A DNA stretch of 64,000 bases from contig CAVRIR010000002.1 in the NCBI GenBank assembly GCA_963721305.1, positions 420,067 through 484,066 of the forward strand. The letters are read 5' to 3'. The notes beneath the pieces are model-generated. The model was not told the origin of the DNA and ran no database searches. It was given only the letters and a program-made list of their open reading frames with translations. Below, in pieces: positions 11,434 through 19,402 of the stretch. A program made the translations under genes and the position numbers. How positions within the stretch are numbered: position 1 is the first letter of the stretch; each line of letters starts with the position of its first letter. Source of the DNA: an uncultured Acidimicrobiia bacterium. Its GTDB lineage: Bacteria > Actinomycetota > Acidimicrobiia > Acidimicrobiales > JACDCH01.

Positions 11434-11523
11434 TCAGTGAGAGAGGATCACGAACTGCAGGATCGCTGCGCCGAAGATCATGGCGAGAAGCACCGCCAGC
11501 GCGATCGTCGTCCCCTTCCTCAC
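11434..11523 (-). CDS. 29-aa single-TM small protein (not in the ORF track)
   Basis: MRKGTTIALAVLLAMIFGAAILQFVILSH*; GTGA overlap with the upstream stop, GAGGAG just upstream. Confidence 0.65.
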   Translation of the reverse strand: MRKGTTIALAVLLAMIFGAAILQFVILSH

Positions 11524-12374
11524 GGCTCCTCCGTGTCACTCACGACGCGCAGTGGTAGCAGCGGTCCGTCGAACGACTCCAACGTGACCGGATCGCCCGC
11601 GTGCAGACCGAGTTGCTCCCCCGCCGATCCGCGGTCGACCGCTATCGACAGCAAGCCGTACGAGTCCACGATGAGTCCGATCTCGCCGGTGCGCAGCGCG
11701 GCGTAGCTGTCGGCCCGCACCGCGGTGCGTTTCGTCTCCGCGAACCGGAGGCGGACACGTTCACCGAACTCGCTCAGTTCCTCAGGATCGACATTGAGCT
11801 GCGCGTTGCCGAACCGGTCGACCCAGAGCACCTCGGCCACGAGCGCGCCGCCTTCCTCACGCGTGATGGGGAGCAGACCGGGCAACAGCGTCACCGGCTC
11901 GATCACGTCGCCCAACGCACCGAGGTCGACGCCGTTGCAGAGGTGCGCCGCAGCAGGTGCGAAGACGTCACGACCCGCGAACGTCGGCCCCGGTGCGGGA
12001 AGTTGGTACTCGGCGTTGGTCAGTGAGACCGCGCGCCCCGCGCCCCCGACCATCGCGACTGCAGGTGCGAGCAGTCCGTTGTCCGGGCCGATCAACACCG
12101 ACTGGCCGTCGCCGACTTCGATCGCGACAGCGCGGCGGTCGCTACCGACGCCGGGATCGACCACCGCGAGGACGATCCCGGGTACGAGGTACTGCGCGCT
12201 CCGCGCCAACGTGAGCCCGGCGCCGCGCACGTCGTGCGGTTCGATGTCGTGCGTCAGATCGACGACGGTCGCCTGGGGGGCGATCGAGCGGATCACCGAC
12301 TTCACGACTCCGACGAACTCGTCAGTCAGGCCGTAGTCGGTCAGGAACGTGATCGTGTCGTACCGGCGGCCCAT
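11520..12374 (-). CDS. SAM hydroxide adenosyltransferase / chlorinase-fluorinase family (DUF62)
   Basis: FLTDYG, VVDPGVG, GPDNGLL, TFAGRDVFAP, VDRFGN. Confidence 0.93.
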   Translation of the reverse strand: MGRRYDTITFLTDYGLTDEFVGVVKSVIRSIAPQATVVDLTHDIEPHDVRGAGLTLARSAQYLVPGIVLAVVDPGVGSDRRAVAIEVGDGQSVLIGPDNGLLAPAVAMVGGAGRAVSLTNAEYQLPAPGPTFAGRDVFAPAAAHLCNGVDLGALGDVIEPVTLLPGLLPITREEGGALVAEVLWVDRFGNAQLNVDPEELSEFGERVRLRFAETKRTAVRADSYAALRTGEIGLIVDSYGLLSIAVDRGSAGEQLGLHAGDPVTLESFDGPLLPLRVVSDTEEP

Positions 12375-12411
12375 CGGAGGAACGACGGTACCGGTACTGC
12401 TTCGGGTGCTG

Positions 12412-12606
12412 CTACCCGGCCTGCGTGTACTGATTGGCGATGAACGCGTCGAGATCGTCCTCGCGCACCCGGTACGCCTTGCCGACCCGAACTGCCCCGA
12501 GCTCGCCGTTCTTGATCAGCCGGTAGACCGTCATCGTCGAGACGCGAAGCACATCGGCGACCTCTTGGACGGTCAGGAACCGTGCCCGCGCCTGTGACTG
12601 CGCCAT
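12412..12606 (-). CDS. Excisionase-family HTH DNA-binding protein (Rv0500A-like)
   Basis: FLTVQEVADVLRVSTMTVYRLI; downstream of proC. Confidence 0.9.
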   Translation of the reverse strand: MAQSQARARFLTVQEVADVLRVSTMTVYRLIKNGELGAVRVGKAYRVREDDLDAFIANQYTQAG

Positions 12607-12633
12607 GGGAAACCCCTTCCTCCGCTGGGGAAA

Positions 12634-12663
12634 CTGTAGGCGTCTGTTGGTGGTGTTGTCATC
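12634..12663 (-). promoter_or_regulatory. Candidate housekeeping promoter of the HTH gene
   Basis: ATGACA-N18-TACAGT followed by a GGAGG SD. Confidence 0.45.
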
Positions 12664-12692
12664 GGGGCCATCGAGCTGGGCCTGGCGAATGG

Positions 12693-13478
12693 TCAGGGCC
12701 GGCCGAGCTCCTTCGACCGCTCCGCCGCCGCCGCCACGGCGTCGAGGAAGGCGGCCCGGACTGCAGCGGACTCGAGCGCGTGGAGGCCGGCAGCGGTCGT
12801 GCCGCCGGGGCTGGTGACCATCGCTCGCAACGACTCCGCCGTCTCGCCCGTTTCTGTCAGCAGGCGTGCGGCCCCCAGCAACGTCTGGTTGGCCAACGCG
12901 ACGCTGACGTCACGGGGAAGCCCGGCGAGCACGCCGCCGTCGATCAACGCCTCGGCGACGAGGAACACGTAGGCAGGACCGGATCCCGACAGCCCGGTCA
13001 CCGCGTCGAGCAGGTGCTCAGGCAGCCGCACCACGGTGCCCACCGCCGCCAGGATCGACTCGGCCCAAGCAAGGTCGTCGTCCGTGGCCATGCGCCCACC
13101 GGCAATGGCGGCCGCGCCGGCACCCACCAGCGCCGGCGTGTTCGGCATCGCCCGTACCACCGGGACGTCGCCCACGGCCGATTCGAGGCGGGACAACGGG
13201 ACACCGGCCGCAATCGACAGCACCCGTCCGCAGCCGGCCTCGATGACGGCCGCGCAGACGGAGTCGACATCGCCAGGCTTGACCGCGATGACCGCGCCGT
13301 CCGCCGCCGCCGGCTCGGCGAGGACGGTCACGCCCGGGAACTGCTTGTCGAGGTCGGTCCGGCGGTCGGCCAGCTTCTCGACCACGCCGAGCTCGGCCGG
13401 CAGCGCCCACCCCGACGCGAGCAGTCCCGACAGCAGCGCCTCGCCCATGCGTCCGCCCCCGACCAACTGGAGTTTCAC
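12693..13478 (-). CDS. proC: Pyrroline-5-carboxylate reductase
   Basis: GGGRMG, RAMPNTP, LSGSGPAY, VTSPGGTT. Confidence 0.97.
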   Translation of the reverse strand: MKLQLVGGGRMGEALLSGLLASGWALPAELGVVEKLADRRTDLDKQFPGVTVLAEPAAADGAVIAVKPGDVDSVCAAVIEAGCGRVLSIAAGVPLSRLESAVGDVPVVRAMPNTPALVGAGAAAIAGGRMATDDDLAWAESILAAVGTVVRLPEHLLDAVTGLSGSGPAYVFLVAEALIDGGVLAGLPRDVSVALANQTLLGAARLLTETGETAESLRAMVTSPGGTTAAGLHALESAAVRAAFLDAVAAAAERSKELGRP

Positions 13479-13567
13479 GCCCGAACCGTAGCTGTGGGAG
13501 CCCGAAGCGACGGCCGGTGCGCCCCTTCCCCGACGGGCGACCGAACGCCGCTCCGGACTCGTGCGGC

Positions 13568-13596
13568 ACTCTAGATCGAGGATGCATGAAATGCAA
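13568..13596 (-). promoter_or_regulatory. Sigma-70/HrdB-type promoter upstream of the proC leader
   Basis: TTGCAT-N17-TAGAGT on the minus strand in an AT-rich patch. Confidence 0.65.
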
Positions 13597-13636
13597 TGAG
13601 ATCTACTGATGCGGGTCTCGACGCCGAGCGGGCGGG

Positions 13637-14098
13637 TCAGCCGTTGAAGCGCGAGGCGAAACCGATGCGAAGCGCGGGACGGAAGAACTGCTCGACCCAG
13701 GCGTAGAGCGAACCGAGGATGCGATCGAGCTCGTCGTCGTCGACGGCGTCGTTGCCGAGCTGGCCGAGCAGGAACACCGCGTCCTCCTCGCCGATGGCGA
13801 ACGCGGCGCCGTACAGCTTCAGGTTCCGCCGAAGGAGGTGCTCGTAGAACTGCTCGTGGTTCTCCTCCGGCGCGGGCATCACGTAGGTCTCGTAGTGCAG
13901 GGTCCGCTGGCCGAGTGTGAGCCAGATCGTGAAGGTGTCCTTCTGCTCGCCCTTGACCCGGATGAACCAGCGGCGGACCTCCGGCTCGCGATCAACGGCA
14001 GCGATGACAGGGTTCTCGAGTCGTTGGCGCTCGGCCCACGCGTCGATGCGAGCCGCAAGCTCTTCGAGCTCGTCGTCCGTGAACGGACGATCGCTCAC
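13637..14098 (-). CDS. YbjN-domain protein (Rv0487-like)
   Basis: YVMPAPEENH..YEHLLRRN; typical partner downstream of mshA. Confidence 0.85.
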   Translation of the reverse strand: MSDRPFTDDELEELAARIDAWAERQRLENPVIAAVDREPEVRRWFIRVKGEQKDTFTIWLTLGQRTLHYETYVMPAPEENHEQFYEHLLRRNLKLYGAAFAIGEEDAVFLLGQLGNDAVDDDELDRILGSLYAWVEQFFRPALRIGFASRFNG

Positions 14099-14099
14099 G

Positions 14100-14366
14100 G
14101 TGTTCCTTCGGGGGCTGCGCCCCCGGACCCCATCACGTCCGGCTCCCTGGCGGTCGCACGGCCGCCGTGAGCTCGCCTCGCTCGCTCAGTGCTGCCTCGG
14201 GGGCTACGCCCCCGGACCCCATCACGTCCGGCTCCCTGGCGGTCGCACGGCCGCCGTGAGCTCGCCTCGCTCGCTCAGTGCTGCCTCGGGGGCTGCGCCC
14301 CCGGACCCCATCACGTCCGGCTCCCTGGCGGTCGCACGGCCGCCGTGAGCTCGCCTCGCTCGCTCA
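14100..14366 (-). repeat. 3 x 89-bp tandem repeat (MIRU/VNTR-like) containing a GGGGGCTGCGCCCCC hairpin
   Basis: Near-identical units with period 89; fills the mshA-ybjN spacer. Confidence 0.95.
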
Positions 14367-15584
14367 CGCGGTGCAGTCGACGGGTTGCCGCACGGTGAGG
14401 TCCGCGTACAGCCGTCGCAACCGCGCCGCAGTCGTCGACCACGTGTACCCGCGCGCTCGGGCCGCGGCGGCGGCGCCCATGCGTTGCGCGCGCGCCGGAT
14501 CCGAGAGCAACGCATCGACCGCGCTCGCGAAGACCTCCGGCTGCCGGCCCTCGACGAGATAGCCGGTCTCGCCGTCGTCGACGAGCGTGCGCAGTCCTCC
14601 GACCGCGGCTGCGACGACCGGCGTGCCGCACGCGCCGGCTTCGAGCGCGACGAGTCCGAAGGATTCCGAGCGGCTGGGCACGATGCAGAGATCCGCGGCG
14701 CGGTAGTAGGTCGCGAGCAGCTGGTGCGGCTGGGGCGAGACCCATCGGATGCGCTCGGCCACACCGAGCTCGTCGGCCAGAAGCTCGGCCTTCGCCGCTT
14801 CCGCGTGCCCGTCGGCACCGCTCGGTCCGCCCACGACGACCAGCTGCGCATCCCGGCGGCGAAGCTCGGCCAGCGCGCCGATGGCGACGTCGAGACCCTT
14901 CAGCGGCTGGATCCGTCCGACGAACAGCAGCATCGGTGAGCCGTCGAGGCCGTAACCCAACGCCTTGCGCGCGCCGAAGCGGTCGCCGGGAGAGAAGAAC
15001 GCGTGGATCACACCGGGGGGCACGAGCTGGATGCGATCGGAGGGCGCGCCGTAGAGCGCGATGAGCTGCTGCGCCTCTGCGACGCATGACGCGGTGATGG
15101 CGTCGGAGCAATCCATCACCGCGTGCTCGGCCTGCACACGTCGCTCGGGTTCGGCATCGCCGGTCTCGGCTTTCACGCGCGCCAGCGTGTGGAACGTCGA
15201 GACGAGCGGTACGTCCAGCTCGTGCTTCAACCGGTGGCCGGCGACACCCGACAGCCAGTAGTTCGCATGGATGGCGTCGACGTCACCGATCGCGTGCAGC
15301 GCGTCGAGCACACCGTCGGTGAACTCGTCCACCAGCTCGGGCAACCGCTCCTTCACGACGTCGTGCCGCCCGGCGTCGATGTGCACGACGCGAAAGCCAG
15401 GCTCGACGTCGACGATGTCGGGGAGGTCGGCGCGCCATCGTCTGGTGAACACGCTGCACTCCACACCCGCCTGCGCCAGCGACGACACGAGTTCGCGGAC
15501 GTAGACGTTCATGCCCCCGCTGTCACCGGTGCCGGGCTGAGCGAGGGGAGAGGTGTGCAGGGAGAGGACGGCGAGCGAGCGCAC
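14364..15584 (-). CDS. mshA: D-inositol-3-phosphate glycosyltransferase (mycothiol synthesis)
   Basis: HTSPLAQPGTGDSGGMNVYV, FVGRIQPLKG, SESFGLVALEA. Confidence 0.9.
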   Translation of the reverse strand: MRSLAVLSLHTSPLAQPGTGDSGGMNVYVRELVSSLAQAGVECSVFTRRWRADLPDIVDVEPGFRVVHIDAGRHDVVKERLPELVDEFTDGVLDALHAIGDVDAIHANYWLSGVAGHRLKHELDVPLVSTFHTLARVKAETGDAEPERRVQAEHAVMDCSDAITASCVAEAQQLIALYGAPSDRIQLVPPGVIHAFFSPGDRFGARKALGYGLDGSPMLLFVGRIQPLKGLDVAIGALAELRRRDAQLVVVGGPSGADGHAEAAKAELLADELGVAERIRWVSPQPHQLLATYYRAADLCIVPSRSESFGLVALEAGACGTPVVAAAVGGLRTLVDDGETGYLVEGRQPEVFASAVDALLSDPARAQRMGAAAAARARGYTWSTTAARLRRLYADLTVRQPVDCTA

Positions 15585-15596
15585 GACGGTCGAAGG

Positions 15597-15986
15597 CTAC
15601 CGGGACGCCGTCAGTTCCTCGTCTGCAGTCGCGGGCGTGTTCTCGTGCTTGAAGGACTCGTAGATCCGAACGAGCGTCTTCTTCTGGTCCTCGTTGAGGT
15701 GCGGGTCCCGCCGGATCTCGGACACGAGATCGGTGTCGTCATCGCGGGCGTCGAGGATGCCGGCCTGGACGTACAGCGACTCGGCCGAGATCTCGAGCGC
15801 GCGAGCGATCTGCTGGAGGATCTCGGCGGACGGCTTGCGCAGCCCGCGCTCGATCTGGCTCAGGTACGGATTCGAGATCCCCGCCATCTCGGAGAGCTTG
15901 CGCAACGAGAGGTGGCCGACCCGACGCTGGTCTCGGATGAACTCGCCGAGGTCGCGCATGCGGTTCTCGAGATCCGGCACGGGCAC
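15597..15986 (-). CDS. XRE-family HTH regulator (Rv0474-like)
   Basis: SLRKLSEMAGISNPYLSQIERGLRKPSAEILQQIA. Confidence 0.9.
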   Translation of the reverse strand: MPVPDLENRMRDLGEFIRDQRRVGHLSLRKLSEMAGISNPYLSQIERGLRKPSAEILQQIARALEISAESLYVQAGILDARDDDTDLVSEIRRDPHLNEDQKKTLVRIYESFKHENTPATADEELTASR

Positions 15987-16065
15987 CGCCGACCAGGCTA
16001 CGCGACGATCGCGAGCAGCTTCGAGCCTTTCGCGAGCAACGGCCACCGCCGCTGCCCCGAGGCCG

Positions 16066-16313
16066 TCACTGCAGCAGCGACTCACGGAAGCCTCGCCCGT
16101 CGGGTACCGGCGCGTGATCTCGGCCTGCAGCGCGTGGATGCGATCGAAGAGCTGACGGCGGAACGCCGAGACATCGCGCTCGATCGACTCGAGCTCGTCG
16201 TGCAGCTGTACGAGCTGCTCGTCACCGAGATCCGGAAGCGAATCGATGTCGTGGCCCGCGATGATCGAGTCGAAACGCTGCTCGAGGTCAGCGTCGATCT
16301 CGGTTTCGTCAGG
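16066..16313 (-). pseudogene. RsiG/AmfC-like C-terminal remnant
   Basis: ..LHDELESIERDVSAFRRQLFDRIHALQAEITRRYPTGEASV/SLLQ*; in-frame TAA upstream, no start codon, frameshift near the end. Confidence 0.6.
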
Positions 16314-16352
16314 TTAGCCCTGGTGGGCGGCGTCCCCGTAACGTGCAAGGCC

Positions 16353-16727
16353 ATGCGGATTCTGACCCGGGTGGCGGCCGCGGCCGCCCTGATCTCGTTC
16401 CCTCTGGCGGCATGCGGCGGAGGATCGTCGACGCCGAGCTCGTTGAGCGGCGCGGACGTGACGGTTCACGCCAAGGACACGTTGAAGTTCGACAAGAGCG
16501 AGTACACGGTCAAAGCGGGCGACGTGAAGATCGGTTACGTCAACGACGGCAACATCCCGCACACGCTGCAGATCGACGGGCAGCCGCAGTTCGCCAAGAT
16601 CTCGCTGAACAGCCATGGCCAGAGTCAGATCGGCGAGGCGAACCTGGCGCCGGGCACGTACCAGATCTACTGCGACATCCCGGGCCACCGCGCCGCTGGG
16701 ATGCAAGCCGATCTCGTCGTCCAGTAG
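16353..16727 (+). CDS. Cupredoxin (plastocyanin/azurin-like) lipoprotein
   Basis: Lipobox LAAC; type-1 Cu ligands H...C-x4-H-x4-M (YCDIPGHRAAGM). Confidence 0.9.
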   Translation: MRILTRVAAAAALISFPLAACGGGSSTPSSLSGADVTVHAKDTLKFDKSEYTVKAGDVKIGYVNDGNIPHTLQIDGQPQFAKISLNSHGQSQIGEANLAPGTYQIYCDIPGHRAAGMQADLVVQ

Positions 16728-16736
16728 CGACTGCTG

Positions 16737-17519
16737 CTAGACGTTCTTGAGGAGGACTTCCCAGCCGATGAAGAAGATCACGGCCCAGTAGACGAACGCA
16801 TAGGCGATCGTGCGGCGATGATCGTCGAACACCGCCTTGTTGAACGCGCTGTCGAGCCCGCCGATGTAGCCGAGCGCCGAAGCCTCGACAAAAGCCCACA
16901 GCACGATGACGAAGATCCAGTAGATCGCGGTGTTCTTCAACGGGCCCGCGCCTTCGTAGTTGGGCGCGAAGTGCGTGGTGAACACCATGAACCACAGCAT
17001 CGTGATGGAGAAGAACGTGTTCGCCCGTGACGCTCGTGCGCCGGTCTTCGCCGCGAGCGGCTGCGCCGGATCGGCCTCACCGCCGGCGAGCTGCTGGCGC
17101 ACCGAGCCGATGACGATCTGCTGCTTGGGCCAGATCACCATCCACACGTTGGCGAGCATCGTCACCGCGAACAGCACACCGGTGAGGATGCTGGCGCCGG
17201 TCGCGTGCGTCGGCGACAGGTAGTTGGTGGTGCCGTCCTTGCCGCTGTCGGACGAGTAGATGCCGAGCATGATGAGTCCGAAGAAGAACGTCGACATGGC
17301 CGCCCAACGGAACCACCACAGTGCTCGCCACGTGATCTTGTCGAACGCCTCGTTGCGGGCGCCGGGGCTGAGCTCTGCGAACGCCGGCGTCTGCACGAAG
17401 TTGAAGAAGTACAGGAGGCCGATCCATGCGATGCCCGACACCACATGGAGCCAGCGAGCGATGAACTGGAGGCCCCCGTTGAACTTGAAGAAGTTGTCGA
17501 AGATGACAGCGAGCTTCAT
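16737..17519 (-). CDS. Urate hydroxylase PuuD N-terminal-like membrane protein
   Basis: RWLHVVSGIAWIGLLYFFNFVQ, LWWFRWAA, NVWMVIWPKQ, ASRANT. Confidence 0.75.
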   Translation of the reverse strand: MKLAVIFDNFFKFNGGLQFIARWLHVVSGIAWIGLLYFFNFVQTPAFAELSPGARNEAFDKITWRALWWFRWAAMSTFFFGLIMLGIYSSDSGKDGTTNYLSPTHATGASILTGVLFAVTMLANVWMVIWPKQQIVIGSVRQQLAGGEADPAQPLAAKTGARASRANTFFSITMLWFMVFTTHFAPNYEGAGPLKNTAIYWIFVIVLWAFVEASALGYIGGLDSAFNKAVFDDHRRTIAYAFVYWAVIFFIGWEVLLKNV

Positions 17520-17650
17520 GTCTGGTCCTCTCTGCGCGGCGGGCGTCAGCGAGCGGAAACATACCTCTGGCCGCCTCACGAACGGGTGAAACCCCCGGTC
17601 TGACGGGTAGACAACCCACGAGGTTTCCGTTTCCCGAGAGGAGCACCCGA

Positions 17651-18277
17651 ATGGGCGCTGAGATCTACCACCTGCCCGAACTCGAGTACGACTACGGCGC
17701 GCTCGAGCCACACATCAGCGGGCAGATCATGGAGCTGCACCACGACAAGCACCATGCGGCCTATGTGAAGGGCGCCAACACCGCGCTCGAGAAGCTGGCG
17801 ACGGCTCGGGACAGCGACAACTTCGAGTCGATCAACAAGCTCCAGAAGGACCTCGCGTTCAACTTGTCAGGTCACGTCCTGCATTCGCTGTTCTGGCAGA
17901 ACCTCTCACCCGATGGTGGTGGCGAGCCCTCCGGTGACGTAGCCGAGCAGTTCGGCAAGGACTTCGGCGGTTTCGACCGGTTCAAGCGCCACATGACCGA
18001 GGCGGCGAGCACGATCCAGGGTTCTGGTTGGGCGCTCGCGGCGTGGGATCCGGCCAGCCGGCGCGTGATCATCGAGCAGGTCTACGACCATCAGGGCAAC
18101 CACGGTCAGGGGACGATGCCGCTGCTCGCCATCGACGCGTGGGAGCACGCGTACTACCTCCAGTACAAGAACGTGAAGGCCGACTTCTTCGACGCCGTGT
18201 GGAACATCTTCAACTGGGACGACGTCGGGCAGAAGTTGAAGGCCGCACGTGACACGGAGTGGGACCCGAACCTCTGA
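17651..18277 (+). CDS. sodA: Fe/Mn superoxide dismutase
   Basis: LHHDKHHAAYV, HVLHSLFW, DAWEHAYY. Confidence 0.97.
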   Translation: MGAEIYHLPELEYDYGALEPHISGQIMELHHDKHHAAYVKGANTALEKLATARDSDNFESINKLQKDLAFNLSGHVLHSLFWQNLSPDGGGEPSGDVAEQFGKDFGGFDRFKRHMTEAASTIQGSGWALAAWDPASRRVIIEQVYDHQGNHGQGTMPLLAIDAWEHAYYLQYKNVKADFFDAVWNIFNWDDVGQKLKAARDTEWDPNL

Positions 18278-18283
18278 CGTCGG

Positions 18284-19156
18284 TCAGATCAACAGTCCGA
18301 CGGCGAGCGCCCACGCGGGCGCGAGCAGTAGCAACGAATCGATTCGTCGCAGGGCGCTCGCGGGCGCGCCGGCCGACGGCAGGATGGCCGAGGCGAGCAA
18401 TTGTCCAGCGGGACACAGCAGCGCTGCGAGTGCCGCGAACAGGAACGCATGCGGGAACTCGAATGGCTCGATGGCCAATGCTGCGACGGCGAACGTCGTG
18501 ACGGCAACCGCGATCGCGCCTGCGATCGGTCCCTCGAACGGGTTGCTCGATCCGGAACCGACGATGTAGTCACCGATCTCGTACGCGCTCACGATGAACA
18601 CGAGCCCGACGACGGATCCGTACTCGAATCGCGCCGCAATCGCGAGACACGCTGCCGCGAATCCAGGGAACAGCGCGGATCGAACGGTGAAGGACGCGTC
18701 GAGGATGGGGTCGGCGTCCGGGTTCGTCGCTCGCGCGATGAACGCGACGACGAGCGCGGCGCCGACCATCGCAAGGATCGCGGCGCCGACGAGGCCGGTC
18801 GTCACTCCGCCTGCGAGTCCGATGGCCAGGGCGCCGGCGCCGGCCACGATGCGGTGTGGACGGCGACGGACGTGCCGCCACACCTTGGCGGCCTGGAGCG
18901 CCGCGACCGCGGCGGTCAAGGAGTACAGCAACGTGACGGCGAATCGTCCGAACGCGAGCGCGACAACGACGAGCAGGAACCACGCAAAGCCCAGTCGTAC
19001 GCGTGGTCCGTCGATGTCGTAGACGACTCGTAGGCGACGACGCCGAGCCGGTTCCGTGGTGCGCTTGTGCGCGCCTCCGGCCGGCCGGCCCTTGCGCGGT
19101 CGCGGCGACGGTTGTGACGCGCTCTTCTTGGCGACCGGAGTTCGTTTGGCGGCCAT
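18284..19156 (-). CDS. Membrane protein with degenerate phosphatidate cytidylyltransferase (CdsA)-like motifs
   Basis: YEIGDYIVG..FEGPIAG..RRIDSLLL; TGATG coupled to the MoaD-like gene. Confidence 0.6.
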   Translation of the reverse strand: MAAKRTPVAKKSASQPSPRPRKGRPAGGAHKRTTEPARRRRLRVVYDIDGPRVRLGFAWFLLVVVALAFGRFAVTLLYSLTAAVAALQAAKVWRHVRRRPHRIVAGAGALAIGLAGGVTTGLVGAAILAMVGAALVVAFIARATNPDADPILDASFTVRSALFPGFAAACLAIAARFEYGSVVGLVFIVSAYEIGDYIVGSGSSNPFEGPIAGAIAVAVTTFAVAALAIEPFEFPHAFLFAALAALLCPAGQLLASAILPSAGAPASALRRIDSLLLLAPAWALAVGLLI

Positions 19157-19392
19157 CAGCCACCCGACACGGGTGGAAGGACGGCCACCTCGTCGGTGAC
19201 GGCAACCGAGGTTGCGGGATCGGCGTCCTCGCCGTTCACCCACACGCGGCACGACGGCAGCAGCGCCGCGAACGCCGCGCCATGACGATCCACTGCGTTG
19301 CTGAGAACCGCCTCGACGGTGGCTCCCTCGATCTCTTCGCGCGCTGTTCCGGCTACTTCCCTTGCCGCAGCGAACAGGCGAAGCACCGGCAC
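19156..19392 (-). CDS. MoaD/ThiS family sulfur carrier
   Basis: LFAAAREVAG...VAVLPPVSGG C-terminus. Confidence 0.9.
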   Translation of the reverse strand: MPVLRLFAAAREVAGTAREEIEGATVEAVLSNAVDRHGAAFAALLPSCRVWVNGEDADPATSVAVTDEVAVLPPVSGG

Positions 19393-19402
19393 GGGCGCGC
19401 TG

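Noticed and set aside
11520-12374. True fluorinase linked to the fluc genes
   Set aside because: The genes are 19 kb apart, and the family is mostly SAM hydrolases; I see nothing that supports halogenase specificity.
12412-12606. Excisionase indicating a prophage or ICE
   Set aside because: Conserved chromosomal Rv0500A-like gene next to proC; no integrase or phage genes.
14100-14366. CRISPR array
   Set aside because: Units are near-identical over the full 89 bp with no unique spacers, and there are no cas genes.
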